The notes beneath the pieces were generated by a model. That model was given only the letters and a program-made list of their open reading frames with translations. It was not told the DNA's origin and searched no databases. This document shows positions 62,960 through 64,000 of a stretch of 64,000 bases of DNA, piece after piece. Source of the stretch: Moniliella sp. 'wahieum' (lineage: Eukaryota); the NCBI GenBank assembly GCA_003971905.1, contig RSEE01000011.1, positions 620,001-684,000 on the forward strand, read 5' to 3'. A program made the translations under genes and the position numbers. Position 1 is the stretch's first letter; every line of letters starts with the position of its first letter.

Positions 62960-63545
62960 ATGTTTCCCGCACTCCGCTCCACCCTCTCGATAGGTGTTGC
63001 TGGACCCCGTCTCGGCGCTGCGTTCCAGCGGGGGCTTGCCACCTCGGCCCCTGCCAACCAATTCGCACGTCTATCCGTGATTGGGGAACTTACCAAGGTT
63101 ACGGACGTGCGCCACACGAAAGAAGGGCGGCCCTACCTCTTCTACACCGTTGCCACCAACGAGTATCCTGAACAGGGCGATTCGTCGAGACGCAGCTTCT
63201 TCCGCATTTATACCCAAGGTGCTTCGCAGATTCAGCATGTTCAGAAGTTGAACGTGGGCGATGTGGTCTCTTGCGAGGCGTCGGTCCGGATCGAGCAATC
63301 CCGCCAAGTGGATGCCGATGGACAGCGTCAACAACGCTTCCTTAATCTTCACCGTACGTTTTTCGCTTTCCTTCGTGTTCGTTGCTCCTAGATACGAAAC
63401 TAACCTTTGTGATTGATCATATTGATCAGGCCGAGTGAACACTATTGTGCCGCAGTCGCGCCTGGCATCCAAGGCGGACGAGGGGAAGGAGAATGTGGGG
63501 GACTCCGCTAATCAAGTGGAGTCTGAGCCTGCCAATGAGCCCTAG
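62960..63545 (+). CDS. Mitochondrial single-stranded DNA-binding protein (Rim1-like OB fold); intron ~63354-63429
   Basis: Presequence MFPALRSTL...QRGLATSAPAN, then FARLSVIGEL, GRPYLFYTVATN, SFFRI and LNVGDVVSCEA, with an acidic tail. Confidence 0.8.
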
Positions 63546-64000
63546 AACAAGGAGGAGTCTATTTAGCAGACAGACGAGTCTGTTGGCAGCAAGTGAAGCC
63601 AATGAAGCTCGAAGGGCAAAGCAATTATGATATCTGAGACGGAGCGTTCTCCGATTCTGTTTGCCATTGCTGTGCTCCTGTGCCGTAGTGGACATGCACG
63701 GATGCGTGGTGGACGATGGACCAGGCCATGCTGCATTCGCTGTGTCCACGGCTACTTGGTTCCTCCCCACGGAAGCGTTAGTGATAAGAAGTGATGAAGT
63801 TGGCGTGGCTCGCATATAACGCAGCAGAAAAGAGAGAGTGAGATCTGCATGCTAGTGCCTCCTGCCCAGCCGAGCCTGTGATCGGTGCCCTGCTCCCACA
63901 TGCGGGTGCCCGGCGCATCTCGGGGATGGATGGGAAACGCCGGCAGGTGCAATAATGGATGGCAAAAAGGTTCTCTATTTGCGCATCGCGCGCATCCCGG

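Overview
This is a eukaryotic, intron-containing window from a fungal genome. It is most likely a basidiomycete, and gene style suggests Ustilaginomycotina; both are inferences. Nearly every gene, including essential ones (TAF5, TRS120, RRP4, BFR2, RPL40), carries single-base frameshifts. The assembly therefore almost certainly has uncorrected indel errors, so coordinates are approximate and frameshifts alone were not taken as pseudogene evidence. Housekeeping and metabolic genes include a GH3 beta-glucosidase, a DUF1769 protein, a D-2-hydroxyacid dehydrogenase, a peroxisomal 4CL-like acyl-CoA ligase, TAF5, TRS120, a peroxisomal HxxxD acyltransferase, a ubiquitin-like/RPL40 fusion, kinesin-14 (KAR3), RRP4, BFR2, TOM20, a PRM10-like protein and a mitochondrial SSB. 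There are also two intron-containing tRNAs, Arg-CCG and Lys-CTT. An accessory layer sits among these genes: four copies plus one relic of an unfamiliar ~750-aa F-box gene family (showing a promoter swap and an internal deletion), two non-autonomous Helitron-like elements, a copia relic and a decayed eIF5A duplicate. The two most striking observations are the actively recombining F-box family and an RPL40 fusion whose ubiquitin moiety is only ~55% identical to ubiquitin. That moiety ends LSLLGG, and the gene lies between two of the F-box copies.
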